Shown here: in pieces, positions 30,853-42,855 of the stretch
How the letters are laid out: each line of letters starts with the position of its first letter
Numbering within the stretch: the first letter of the stretch is position 1
IMG/VR virus record: IMGVR_UViG_3300002498_000057
Length of the DNA stretch: 64,000 nucleotides
Reading direction: 5' to 3' (one strand)
Source: a virus
Lineage: Duplodnaviria; Heunggongvirae; Uroviricota; Caudoviricetes
Translations under genes and position numbers: made by a program
The notes under the pieces: generated by a model
Databases searched by the model: none
Told to the model about the DNA's origin: nothing
The model's input: the letters and a program-made list of their open reading frames with translations, nothing else

Positions 30853-31059
30853 ATGACAACAGAAAAATGTCAAGAAATCCATATTGTCGGTGTCGAATAC
30901 CCAGAAAAGTATGATGGTGTTTATGATTGGTATTGTACAGTAACTAAACAAAAAGTTTGTAGATGGAAACTTACTGAAGCTGGTAGAAGAACTAATGATG
31001 AAGATGATACAGCATTTGATAAACTTTGTGATGATTGTGAAGTACCGAATCAGGATTAA
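30853..31059 (+). CDS. hypothetical small Cys-rich protein (paralog of 30429)
   Basis: MTTEKCQ...; ORF. Confidence 0.4.
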   Translation: MTTEKCQEIHIVGVEYPEKYDGVYDWYCTVTKQKVCRWKLTEAGRRTNDEDDTAFDKLCDDCEVPNQD

Positions 31060-31616
31060 ATCATGAAAATAAAAAGCTTATATTCATAGTAGCAATTAAT
31101 TAAAATGTTAACTATAGCAATTTTTGATTTAACAGAACTGCTACGAGGAAACATACCAGAAAAATATCACCAGGGTGTATTAACTTCTGCATATTAGTGA
31201 AATTTTACTGCAAATAAATATTTAGATTTTAAAAATGAACAAAAAGATAAAGATTTTGATTCTATGAAAATTGTAGATCCTATAATAAACAAATTTAACA
31301 ATCAACATAATACAACTACGGGGTAGTAAAATGAAACAAAAATTTAAAATATACGAATTTGTGCATATTACTAAAGATATGCCACTTTGGATGCAGCATT
31401 TTCCATCAGATGTTGATGCTATTATTCGTGGTAGTTATGCAGATTTATATGGTGGTAATAGTTTTAAATAGTATTCAGTATATCTTATCAAAAATGGAAA
31501 AATATTTAATAGTAGTGCTTGGTATGATGAATATCAACTAAGCTCTTTAGATGAGCAAGATATAAATAAAGCAGCAATGATGATAGAAGCCTATCACAGC
31601 CGACATAATAGAGATA

Positions 31617-31976
31617 ATGATGAATCATAAACAATACACTTTATCAAATTTAACTTTTGAAGATAATATTAAATTATTGACTGAAGCTTATTCTATTTGT
31701 GATAAATGGTGGGTTGATATTTTAAACTCTAACTCTTGTTTTCGTACTAAAATAGAAATGACATTTGAAGAAGCAATATTAAAATGTAATGATAAAGATT
31801 ATTTTACTTTGTTTTATAGAGTGGGTATGGAATGTATATCAGAACCAGATTATTATGAATTTGGGTTTACTACTTCTGCATGTAAATTACCCACATATTA
31901 TTTATGGATATTTACTACAGTTGAAAATGGAAATAAATTAATAGATAAATATAATATTAATGAATTAACGTTATAA
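31617..31976 (+). CDS. hypothetical protein
   Basis: ORF, TAA stop. Confidence 0.4.
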   Translation: MMNHKQYTLSNLTFEDNIKLLTEAYSICDKWWVDILNSNSCFRTKIEMTFEEAILKCNDKDYFTLFYRVGMECISEPDYYEFGFTTSACKLPTYYLWIFTTVENGNKLIDKYNINELTL

Positions 31977-32569
31977 CTAATAAAAATAATGGAAGTTATT
32001 ATGACAGATTGGAGTTAGATAAAAAGAAAGTTAGTGTCTTACGATGTTATTGATGGTAAGATATGTAATTAGATTACTTATTGTAATAGTATAGCACTAC
32101 CAACGAAGTGTATTAATTGTAATAGTTAGTTAACAAAACCATATATTGGTACTTCTAAAAAAGGTACAAAGTATTAGAGTTCTCATTGCTAGAGTTGTAA
32201 AAAGTTTTATACATTGCACTACAATAAAGTATACCCAAGAAGATACCATGAAAGTAGTGATGTTCATGGAGTTGATGTAGAAACATTTTATGAGTATTAT
32301 GGTAGTGATCCCCATTTAGGGTTTTTTGATTTATGGTAATTAAATGGAGATAAGATGATAGAAAAAGAAATTAAAGTTAAGATAAAATACACATAGAAAT
32401 TATGTGGTGAAGTCTATTATAATAAATATATGGGATGGTAGTAGTTTGAATATTGCCCTATGGTGGATAATGATTGTGATGATTATTGCCATGCATATCA
32501 AACTTGTTTAAATTTAGATAAAGATAATCATCCATATAGATGCAAACAATGTATTAAGGAAAATAAGTA

Positions 32570-32950
32570 ATGGAACAATCTACTATGTTAATAGGTATAT
32601 TTATAGTAATAATGTGTGCTGGGTTAAGTATATTATTTGCCATTATTGGTATTTCAGAAATTAAACATAAGAAAGAACAGAAAGAATTATTTAAACTTGA
32701 AATAGGAATAATGGAAGATAAACTTGCAATGTGGAAAAGAATGATTGATGGTATAATTCCAATGGAAGATTTAATGAATATTAAGATGGGAATAAATATG
32801 TGGACTGATACTATTAATATTCTTTCTTCAAGATATTCTATTTCTGGACTTCATTCATGGGACTATTTAAATAAATATTATAAGTATAATGATGCAAAAA
32901 AGGATATTGAATCTGCAAAAAGAATTATGGGATATAAGAATAATAAATAA
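32570..32950 (+). CDS. hypothetical membrane-anchored protein
   Basis: N-terminal TM helix; ORF. Confidence 0.4.
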   Translation: MEQSTMLIGIFIVIMCAGLSILFAIIGISEIKHKKEQKELFKLEIGIMEDKLAMWKRMIDGIIPMEDLMNIKMGINMWTDTINILSSRYSISGLHSWDYLNKYYKYNDAKKDIESAKRIMGYKNNK

Positions 32951-32959
32951 GGTTGTAAG

Positions 32960-33154
32960 ATGAAAATTTTTTTAATTATGGGGATATTATCTACAATATT
33001 GGGAACAATAGTTGGTAGTATTCAACGAAAGTTGTCAAGATTTACACCCAAAGAACAAAATATTTATGGTCAGTATCTTACTGTAACAGTATTATCAATA
33101 ACGATAGGTATCTCATCTTTGATAATATATTTATATTGGTATTATTTATTATAA
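32960..33154 (+). CDS. hypothetical small membrane protein
   Basis: Two hydrophobic segments. Confidence 0.35.
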   Translation: MKIFLIMGILSTILGTIVGSIQRKLSRFTPKEQNIYGQYLTVTVLSITIGISSLIIYLYWYYLL

Positions 33155-33169
33155 ATTGAGGATTAGTAC

Positions 33170-33427
33170 ATGAAAGTAAATTTAGTAAAATACATTCCAA
33201 ATGAACTAGAGAAGGACATTATCTATCTTTCACTCGAATATGAAACAGCTATTCATTTATGTCCCTGTGGGTGTGGTGAAAAGGTTGTAACACCATTAGA
33301 TGTTAATTACGGTTGGAAATATGAATACGATGAAGATAGTAATCTTTTAACATTATCACCATCATTATTAAATAAATGGTGTAATACTCATTATTACATT
33401 GTAAACTCTGAGGTTAACTATTGTTAA
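33170..33427 (+). CDS. hypothetical small Cys-containing protein
   Basis: ORF with SD GAGGAT. Confidence 0.4.
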   Translation: MKVNLVKYIPNELEKDIIYLSLEYETAIHLCPCGCGEKVVTPLDVNYGWKYEYDEDSNLLTLSPSLLNKWCNTHYYIVNSEVNYC

Positions 33428-34490
33428 TTATGAGATAGCTAAGACGTAAACCAATAAAAAATATTATAAAGACTAACAAAATTGGTAAGTTTATATTTCC
33501 AGAATAGCTAATAATTTATATATACAGAGATGGTAACAGTTTTTTACTCACTACCTAGATATTTGGTTCTCTTGAATGGTCAAATTTTAATTATTTACAT
33601 GAATGGGAAGAATATCTTGAAGATAATATACAGTTTTTATATTAGCACTATACCCTTACTGAATTCGTTATGCCAACTAATAGACTAATTGAATATATTA
33701 GTAAGTGGAAAACTGTTAAGATTGAGATGGCAATATCAGATGCATTAGAATTAGCTTAGAAAATTTTAATTGATCAATAGAATGAAAGAGTAAAATTAGT
33801 ATAGACTGAGGCTAAAGAAGGAATACAATATGAAGACTAAATTTAAATTTACTCATAAACAACAACAAGATATCATGCTACATATGTACAGAAATGAACT
33901 GCAAGGATATAATGGTGGAGTAGCTAGGGATTTTGCTGAATTATTTGGTTGTAAGAAACAAGATATAATCGATTATTATAATTAGAATAAAGTGAAAAGT
34001 AAAGATGAATAATTCGTATGTAAAAATGATGATAGAAAAGTATGGACGATTAGATATTTTATCACAACAGTTAGAATTACGACAAATATTGCTTAATAAG
34101 ATAAGTTTAAATAAAAGTACTAGTGCTAAATTGAGTGATTGCTTGCAATAGTCTTTATATAATGATATTAAAGTATATAAAAAAGATGCCTTTAAACATG
34201 AGTTAGAACAGTTATAGTCAGCAAATACTAGAAAAAAGAAATTTTAATAAGGAGTTATAAATGAAAGAAGACCGATCAGATTATAAAGAATGTTGGCAAT
34301 AGGATGATTCACATTCTTATGCTTGGTAGTTAAGAGAAGAAATTAATGACATTACTGGCTATCTTATGGACAATAATAAGCTTGGGATGTTTGTTCGTGG
34401 AGGGTATGTTGATGATGCATACGATTACGCTAGAACAAATAATGTACCAGAATTACTTATATTGAAGGAAAGGGTTAGTAAAATAAAATA

Positions 34491-35198
34491 ATGAAATATA
34501 TATTTGTTGCAGATATTGATGGTGATATAGATGATATAATAGCTATCGAATATTTGCATAGAAATGATCTATTAGATTGTGTAGTATTAGACGGGCAAAG
34601 TAGAAATGACTCACTTGAAAACTATGTAAGCAATCTTCCAGCAAGATTTAGTTATGAAATACCGTTAGACACAAAGATATTGTTTTGTGGTGGTGCATTA
34701 ACTAAAATATCAAAGTTCATAGATGATGGTGGTGAATTAGATTGGCTTATTATGAATGGTGGGTTTGCTGGTGATAACATTGTTCCGGCAGATAAACAGC
34801 TTACTAAATTCAAGGGTAAGACACATGTAAGAACTTATAACTTTAACTTAGACGTTGTTGCAGCTAGAAATGTATTATCAACAAATAAAATTAAAAACAT
34901 TGTGCTTGTTTCAAAGAATGTGTGTCATGCATAGCAAAATACTACTCAAGATATTCACGTCCATGATAAAGATTGGATAGAAGAAAAATATAAGTTAAGT
35001 GATACTAAAAGATTACACGATTTGCTAATGGTTAAAGAAGGAATAGCAATACTTGATAATAAACCCGTTTTATTAAATTATGCATTTGTATCACTACAAG
35101 AAGTAGAACCAAACATTGGCCAAGATTTATCTTATACTAAATGGGGTTCAATACTTAATTCAACATCAAATATAAGAATTTCAGTATGGTATAAATAA
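34491..35198 (+). CDS. nucleoside hydrolase (inosine-uridine-preferring family), one in-frame TAG at 34935
   Basis: N-terminal DIDGDIDDIIAIEYL matches the IU-nucleoside hydrolase DxDxxxDD motif; frame continues through TAG to TAA at 35196. Confidence 0.6.
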
Positions 35199-35494
35199 TG
35201 CTTAGAATAACAGTATAGTTAGTACCAAGGGGAATATTTAAACCAATTAAGATTGGTGAATTATACATAAGAAATAATTTAACAGGAACATTAAAATCTG
35301 GAAATTATAGTTATGTCCTGCGTGGTAAAAAGAACAGTAGTAATGTATGGAAGTTGATATATTTAATTCTTAAAGATAAATATTGTAAGTAAAATATAAA
35401 TAGAGGATTTGCCTAGTAGGTTAAGGCGCTCGTTTAAATATTTTTATAACTTTTTATAATTTCTTGATATTTATACATATAAGGAAATATTAAT

Positions 35495-36310
35495 ATGTAT
35501 AAATGTAAAAAATGTAATTAGTAGTTTAATTCTATACCCGGCCTATCAAATCATGTAAGATGGCATCATAAAGAGATTATAATATATTAGTGCTAGTTGT
35601 GTAATAGAAAGTTTATAGGTAGTGCTGCATTTATTATTCATAAGAGAGTCTGCGAGAGTCGGACTGTAAAAAATAAATATCCGTAGTTTTGTGATTTATG
35701 TGGTCATAAAATTTCACAAGCTGTATATGCGAGACACCATAAATATTGTAATGGCCTTGGTCCAAGAAGATTAAGATAGAAAAAAAATTTATATGCACCC
35801 CATGGAAAAACATACATATAGATTTTTGGAGCATAGAAAGCTAAATAGATAATTAATAAAATATCTAAAACAGCAAAAAGTCATTATATAGCTGGAGTGT
35901 CGGGACATGCAAAAACTGAATAGAAATAGGCTATTAGATGTAAAAAAATAAGCGATTATATTCTTAATAGGTATTAGACGGGATGAATGCCCAAGGCCGG
36001 TAGATGTAAAAAAATAGATTATGAAAGTAATATTGCTGGTAATGTTAAGCTTGATGGAAGCTGGTAGTTAGCAGTTGCTAAATATTTTGATAAAAATAAT
36101 ATAAATTGGAGAAGAAATACAAAAAGGTTTAAGTATTATCATAATAATAAAACTAAACATTATACTCCAGATTTTTATCTGGTCGATACAGACTAGTATA
36201 TAGAAGTAAAGGGATATATTACTTAGTTGGATAAAATAAAATGATAGCAATTTATGTAGAAACTTTTAATTTGGGATAAATTAGTTTTAAAAAATTTAAA
36301 AATTATTTAA
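35495..36310 (+). CDS. C2H2 zinc-finger + PD-(D/E)xK endonuclease (recoded), intact paralog of the 13181 pseudogene
   Basis: CKKCN..H..WHH and CELCNRKF...HKRVC fingers; C-terminal LDGSWELAVAKYF...YTPDFYLVDTD.YIEVKGY. Confidence 0.6.
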
Positions 36311-36311
36311 T

Positions 36312-36398
36312 GGAAATGTGCCAGAGTCTGGTTTATTGGGAAGACCTGCTAAGTCTTTGGGTGTAACAGCTTCGTAAGTTCGAATCTTACCATTTCCG
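36312..36398 (+). tRNA. tRNA-Ser(GCU), class II
   Basis: Acceptor GGAAATG/CATTTCC, anticodon stem AAGAC/GTCTT, loop CTGCTAA, long variable arm, T-arm GTAAG-TTCGAAT-CTTAC, discriminator G. Confidence 0.85.
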
Positions 36399-36425
36399 CA
36401 AACATTTAAAGTATAAGAGGTATAA

Positions 36426-37040
36426 ATGGCAGACACATATCTAATTCAAAAACTAAGAAAGTAGACTGGTTATCCACTTGGGCAGTGTAAATAGGCATTA
36501 GAATATACTAATTATGTTTATGATACCGCTATAGAGTATTTAAAGTCTTTAACCTTAAATAAGAAATATGGACAACCAATACCAATAACTGAAACTTCTA
36601 CTGCTAATGGTATAATTTATTCATATATACACCACAATGAGAAAATTGGTGTTATGTTATAGATGAGATGTGACTCTGATTTTACCGCTAAAACAGAATA
36701 GTTTAAACAGTTATGTGAAGACATTGCATTACATATTGTCGTGACTAATCCAAAATATTTTAAACCAAGTTAGTATATAACTATACATGGTGAATAGCTA
36801 GATAAAGAACATGAGATTCTTTATCAAAAATTAAAGTTACAAAATAAACCAGAAAATATAATTCATACAATTATCAATAACATGCAATAGAAAAAAGTAA
36901 ATGATTTATGTTTAATGACACAAAAGTTCTTTAAAGATTAGAAAGTAACAATATCTGATATTTGTAGAGATTTGTCAAATAAGACAAATGAAAACATTTA
37001 TGTAGAAAAGTTTATAAGGTTTTAGTTGGGTAAATAGTAA
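36426..37040 (+). CDS. tsf: elongation factor Ts-like protein (recoded)
   Basis: N-terminal LIQKLRK.TGYPLGQCK.ALE (EF-Ts UBA-like motif [20 protein letters not shown]); IGVML.MRCDSDFTAK aligns to ILEVNCQTDFVAK; LHIVVTNPKYFKP aligns to MHVAASKPEFI. Confidence 0.5.
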
Positions 37041-38607
37041 TGAATGTTTATATTTTAACAATTGATGACGGATGGAATAGTAATGAGATGGTCGGTGTAT
37101 TTTAGTCGTAGAATTCAGCTGAACAATATATTATTTAGAATTATTTTGTATAGGATGATGATAGTGATATGCCTAATGACAATGGTAAAATTTCAATTTA
37201 GTCATATAGTATAATTGAATATGAGGTTATAAAGTAATGAGTAAATGACATAAAGTAAAAGACAATGATTTACCAGTATAGAAAGATTATAATAAGACAT
37301 TCTTTTGTTATATTAGAGGTTCGTGTAATGATGTACGCAGAACGGAAAACCATTATGGCATAGTAAAGTATGGGAAATGGAGAAAGTACCATGACTATAA
37401 AGATAGATTAGGTTTCTATGATACACATTATGACAGAAGCATGGGTAATTTTGCACAGCCTGTAGATGTAATTGCTTGATATGAATATCCATAGGACTAT
37501 CCAAATGATGAACAAGAAAGTCCAAAATATTTTGCATAGTACGATAAAGAATAGAAAGAATAGTTTGAGAACTGGAAAAAAGATAATCCAGAAGAATATT
37601 AGAAATATATGGAGTAGGATGATGAATATTAAGTAGCTAATGAATTTAATTTGTAAATAGTGTGATATAGAGATAATATAGTTATTTCATTCTGATTAGG
37701 TTGGTCGTATGTGTGTAATAGATTAGAATTATTATATTTTAAGTAGAATGTTAATAACTATTACATAGAAATTTTACATATGCAGAATTGTCGATGTAAC
37801 CGGCGGAGTATATGAAGAGTTTAAAATTGCAATATATGTTGATCCATAGATATTTATAAATAGAGTTAGGGAAAGATTTAATGAAAAACAAAACTATAAC
37901 AAAAGATACTATAACACTTAGTAGTAAACCAATTACATTAACATTAATAGGAACATTTAGACCTTGTAGTATTGACGGGTATGTTGGATTTATATTTAAT
38001 AATAGTAAACAATAGACTATTATTAGATTTTAGGATATAGATAGTATTGTTGAATGTGATGATAAAATATTAACTAAATAATATATTTTATGAATTGTAA
38101 AAAATGTATTCGGCGCAAAATAAAATGAAATAAACGATACTGAAATAAGATAACTCGTAAAATATCAATACAAAGTGGGTCTGCATATAAAAAGATATTT
38201 GCTAAATATTGATAGTAGACTTGTATAGAATGACATAGTAAAAAGAAAAAACGTATAAATTTTAATTAGGAAATATAATGTAGATTAATGACATATAGAA
38301 ATACTTAGAATTACCATACTTACATAGAAATAGAGATTCTAATGAATTTCCAGATTTGACATTTATTGATACACAATATCAATCTTGAGATAGTTCAGAT
38401 TGTTCTAAATTGTCTCTATTAAAGATTCTTTTGATTCAATAGATACTTAAAGAAAGACAATAGAGAAACAATAAACAAGGTTGGTATTTTGGTGAATATG
38501 AAGAAGCTTTAAAAGTTTTAATTGATCTTAATATTGACGGCAGGTATAAAAACCTTTAGCAATATGATAATTATGATGGATATGAATTAATATAAGGAAG
38601 AGGCAAA

Positions 38608-39087
38608 ATGCAAATAATTACACCATAGCATAAAAGAATTTCAATATAGCAAATGATAAATGAATTAAAACTATATATGTCTACTAGACCTAATACTAAA
38701 ATTATAGTTGGTGCTGATTCGCAAAAAGTTAAAAGTAGATTTTGTATAGCTGTTGCAGTTGCTGCTGTGGACCCAGGGAACGGTGGAATATTTTATATTA
38801 AAAAAGACTATATGACTCCTGAAAGATAGTTAAAAAATATAAAAAGTGTAATTAGTTGAAAGGTTTGAACATAGGCAATGTAGATTTGTAATATGATGAA
38901 AACTTTAATATAGAATGGTATTGAAATGGATGAAAAAATTACACACCACGATATATCTAAAGCTGGATTATCGAGAGACCATATTGATTCTATTACTGGA
39001 TTTATGAAGTCACAGGGATTTTGTCCATAGATTAAACCTAATGCGGTAATAGCTTCTTGTATTGCAAATTCATTTAGTAAAAAATAA
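38608..39087 (+). CDS. YkuK/DUF458-like RNase H-fold protein (recoded)
   Basis: KIIVGADSQKVKSRFCIAVAVAAVDPGNGG resembles the DUF458 IGTDSQ...T.F core; several TAG; stop inside the promoter motif. Confidence 0.4.
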
Positions 39088-39118
39088 TTGTGATAATTCA
39101 AACTAATTAAGATATAAT
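39081..39118 (+). promoter_or_regulatory. conserved promoter motif copy 9
   Basis: TTGTGA 39088-39093, 19-nt spacer, TATAAT 39113-39118. Confidence 0.6.
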
Positions 39119-39149
39119 AAATTTAATTAAGTTTTAAAGAGGTTACAAA

Positions 39150-39413
39150 ATGACTAGTAAACAAAAAGAAAAAAAGTTAATTCTACTTAAAGAAGTTTTA
39201 GCTGCTAATGGTTTTGAAGAAGATAATTATGGTAATTTTAAAAAAACAGTTAAAGATAATTTATACAGATATAAATTTAATAAAACTTCTTTAAGGTATG
39301 AAAGTCAAGTAATACATTCTGACGGTAGTAAATGTTGGGTAAGACTTAGATCTGGATATTATAAAGATCTTACTGTCAATGAATTAGGAAAAATAGTGGG
39401 GCTAACAGTATAA
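39150..39413 (+). CDS. hypothetical protein
   Basis: ORF with SD AGAGGT. Confidence 0.45.
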   Translation: MTSKQKEKKLILLKEVLAANGFEEDNYGNFKKTVKDNLYRYKFNKTSLRYESQVIHSDGSKCWVRLRSGYYKDLTVNELGKIVGLTV

Positions 39414-39652
39414 TGAAAGATAAAATTATAGTTATATTAGTTTTAATATATCGAATAGTATCCGAATTAGTAATTCTTATAGGATCTATTTTATTGGGTA
39501 TTGATGTTATACAATCAATCCTATCAATATATTTACCAACTACATGGTACCTATATATGTTTGTATTTATGATACTGTATTATACCTTACATAGTGTTAA
39601 TTATAGTATAGTATATAGGTTGTGGTTGAATTCAGATTTAAAGGAAGATTAA
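39413..39652 (+). CDS. hypothetical small membrane protein
   Basis: Overlapping ATG/TAA junction; hydrophobic. Confidence 0.35.
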   Translation: MKDKIIVILVLIYRIVSELVILIGSILLGIDVIQSILSIYLPTTWYLYMFVFMILYYTLHSVNYSIVYRLWLNSDLKED

Positions 39653-39837
39653 CATGCCAAAAAATAAAAGTGATATTAAAAAGAGTTTAGATGATTTACA
39701 AACAATTATTAAACTTGAAAAAGATATAGATAGAAAAAATTTAATAATCAATAAAATAATTACATTTTGTGATACTAATATTGATAATGATATTTGTGTT
39801 AAAATTTTAAATATTATCAAATCCTAAGATATATATA

Positions 39838-40125
39838 CTAAAAGACAAAAGAAATTTTATCCAAATTTAGTAGTTAAAAAAGAATTTAAAGATCAATGGA
39901 AGAAATATTTAAATTCTAAGACTACTAAGTTAGATAATGTTTCAAATGAAGACACTTTCAAAAATACTTGAAGAGATCTTCATAATTACCTAAAAAATTC
40001 TAAAGTGAAATATAGAGTTTCTTTAAGTGAATGTAATTTATTTAAAGTTTTTAGATTAAAGAATAAAAGAAGTATGGTAAATTTATATTGCTTTACCTAG
40101 TCTTTTATACTTTAAGTATTTTATA
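39838..40125 (+). mobile_element. orphan copy of the 3' end of the IS605-family tnpB (omega-RNA/right-end scaffold region)
   Basis: About 93% identical to 16705-16990 (last ~95 codons of tnpB plus right-end sequence); no upstream tnpB body. Confidence 0.6.
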
Positions 40126-40142
40126 AAGAGGTATTAAAAGAT

Positions 40143-40391
40143 ATGGGTAGACCCAAGGGTGCTCCAAACAAGCAAAAACAAAGTAAACAGACAAAATTAA
40201 CCTATAATACAATATCAGTATAGTTATTATTATAGTCTGTTAACTTAACTAAATAGATATTAGTAGTAGTTAGATAGATATTATAGTATTTATAGAGAAC
40301 TAATATTACTTAGTATAATAGATTAGTATAGAAATTACAACCTAGCTTAACTAAATTAAAAGAATTTAATAAGGTGATAACCAATGTATAA
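40143..40391 (+). CDS. hypothetical small basic protein (recoded)
   Basis: MGRPKGAPNKQKQSKQ; TAG-containing frame to TAA at 40389. Confidence 0.3.
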
Positions 40392-41691
40392 TAATTATAT
40401 TTATCAATTATAGAATGAAACGAATCAATAGTACAAATTTAGATTATTGAATGGAAAATAGATTGGATAGTATTAGATAACTTGACCATAGATTAAATAG
40501 TTATTAAAAGATCCAAGAGATGTTAGAGCAATAAAACGTGATTGAGATGGATATAAATTTGTAGTATAGTATTAGTTATAGAATAATAATAATGATAGTA
40601 TAAATAAATAGTTAGTAACTTTATCAAGACAAAAACAGAGATTTGCTGATGTAAATAGAATTTAGCGCCAAAAAGTTAGATAGATGAGTAGAGTTATAAA
40701 TACTATATAGTAGTATAGTAATTCTTTAAAATAGGTATTTGCACACTATGATATGACTTAGTTTATTGGTAATAATGATAGTCATATATTTACATAGAAT
40801 AATGTTGGAATTATACACTTAACTGACTTACATTTTAATGAAATAGTTACATAGGTTTTAGATAACTAGTATAATTTTAAAATTGCCGCAAAAAGATTAT
40901 CTAAATTTATTAGTAAGAGTAAATAGTATTTTAAATTAAATAATGTTGATACAGTATTGATTGCAATGACTGGTGATTTAATAAACTCAGATCGACGATT
41001 AGAATAGTTATTATCTCAATCTACAAATAGAAGTAAGGCTACTTTCTTAGCTGTAAATATCATAAATAATATTATAATTTAGTTATCTTATTAGTTTAAT
41101 AGTATTTATATCTCATGTGTATCTGGTAATTAGAGTAGATTAAGTAAGGAAGTTGGATGGACATAGATGATGGCTTCTGATAATTATGACTTTACTATAT
41201 TTAATATTTTAAAATATTTATATAGAAATAGTAAAAATATAATATTTACTGCTGGTGATTATTATTAGCATATTGTCACTATTGGTTCTAATAGAGATGA
41301 TATTAATATTTTATTATTACATGGAAACGTAAATAAATTAGCTGGTAATGTATAGTATGGTGTTCAGCAAATAATGGGTAAATATAGTTCTAGAAATATT
41401 CATATACACTTTATGTTATTTGGTCATTATCATTCATGTAGAATAGGAGATAATTTTGCAAGAGGTGGATCACTATCAGGAGCAAATGGGTATAGTGATA
41501 AGTGTTTGCAAATGACAACTAGAGCTAGTCAAAATATTCATATTATAAATAGATAGAATGGGTAGGTTGATTCAATTAAGATTGATTTGCAAAATACTGA
41601 TGGATATTAGGGATATTTAATTGATTAGACATTATATAATGAATTACTGCACACTAGTGAATGGAATAAATAGCATAAGATAATAATTTAA
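40384..41691 (+). CDS. calcineurin-like metallophosphoesterase (recoded)
   Basis: Motifs IIHLTDLHFN, MTGDLINSD, LLLHGNVN and FGHYHSCRIGDNFARGG in one frame with many TAG; contains the ORF-track fragment 41374-41556. Confidence 0.6.
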
Positions 41692-41707
41692 AATACTCGG
41701 AGATAAG

Positions 41708-41746
41708 ATAGATAGCAGGTAGCCTACTATTTTTTGGTGGGCTACA
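41708..41746 (+). terminator. rho-independent terminator
   Basis: GTAGCC...GGCTAC hairpin followed by ATTTTTTTTT. Confidence 0.45.
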
Positions 41747-41774
41747 TTTTTTTTTGTGATAAAGTTGGAAGCTG
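41740..41774 (+). promoter_or_regulatory. conserved promoter motif copy 10 (degenerate upstream half)
   Basis: TTGTGA 41744-41749, 19-nt spacer, TATAAT 41769-41774. Confidence 0.5.
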
Positions 41775-41814
41775 TAGATATAATAAAATTATATTTAAAA
41801 AAGAGGTTATAAAA

Positions 41815-42024
41815 ATGAAAAAACGGTATATTGATCATTGTAGTAGAATAATGATAGGTATATGTATTATCTGTTTTTGTCTAATTATAGTATATATAGA
41901 CAAACTTAGTAATACTGTCGTATTTATTGGGTTATTTAATTCAATTATATGGGCGTTTAACTTTCTTATTGATACTATTAAAACAGAAATTAGTGAAAAT
42001 AATAAAAATAGTAAGAGTGTTTAA
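41815..42024 (+). CDS. hypothetical small membrane protein
   Basis: SD AAGAGGT + ATG; two TM segments. Confidence 0.4.
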   Translation: MKKRYIDHCSRIMIGICIICFCLIIVYIDKLSNTVVFIGLFNSIIWAFNFLIDTIKTEISENNKNSKSV

Positions 42025-42026
42025 TT

Positions 42027-42530
42027 ATGGGTAATGGAAAAAAGATTAAGCCCCGCGATATTAAGTTAAGAATAATAGGGTCTTCTGATGTTGGAGTTTG
42101 TAGTAAGTGTCATAAGTCTTTTAATATTAATGAGCTAACAGTTCATCATATAATTCCAACTAGGTATGCTAAAATTATTCGTCAAGATTGTAATAATGAG
42201 CATATACTTACTGGAATTCAAGAATATGGTATATTGTGTAGAGCTTGTCATAATGAAGTTGAAGAAGTTTATACGCAATATGAAGACTGTATTTTAAAAT
42301 TAAATAGTACAAGTTATAAAGGTTATTCTAAATTAGTTAATTATCAAACACTTAATGACATATTTAATAATAAATATAGTAATGCTTGGGTTGTAACAGC
42401 TAAACATGGTATTAATAAAAAAATAAAAAAATATTTACTGTCACCGTTTATGGAAGCGGTACTACAATATAAGTCTATATATGCAGATTTTATACAAACC
42501 AGTAATAACTTAAGCCGCCGTATAATGTGA
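42027..42530 (+). CDS. HNH endonuclease
   Basis: CSKCH...ELTVHHIIP...ILCRACHNEVE (HNH motif with zinc-binding Cys pairs). Confidence 0.65.
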   Translation: MGNGKKIKPRDIKLRIIGSSDVGVCSKCHKSFNINELTVHHIIPTRYAKIIRQDCNNEHILTGIQEYGILCRACHNEVEEVYTQYEDCILKLNSTSYKGYSKLVNYQTLNDIFNNKYSNAWVVTAKHGINKKIKKYLLSPFMEAVLQYKSIYADFIQTSNNLSRRIM

Positions 42531-42597
42531 AAATTCTATATAAGATTAAAGCAGTCTTTCTTAAAAGACAAAATAAGAACAATATAGGAGATCTAAT

Positions 42598-42852
42598 ATG
42601 TTATATAAATATACTTGCCCAACATGTAATACAATATTAAAAAATAATCGCGTTGATTTACTTATTATAAAAACAATGAATCATAGTTGTAATTTAAAAA
42701 ACAAATTAAAACTATATGAAAATTACATAGCAGATGTATTTAAGTACACCCCTGAGGAAATAGGAAATTATACGTGTAAGCTTTGTAATTATTGCACAGA
42801 TGAAGTAGAGCTGGCTATTAGACATGCAAAGGAAAATCACGTAGAGGAATAA
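42598..42852 (+). CDS. hypothetical zinc-finger protein
   Basis: CPTCN...CNL...CKLCNYC; SD GGAGAT. Confidence 0.45.
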   Translation: MLYKYTCPTCNTILKNNRVDLLIIKTMNHSCNLKNKLKLYENYIADVFKYTPEEIGNYTCKLCNYCTDEVELAIRHAKENHVEE

Positions 42853-42855
42853 ATA

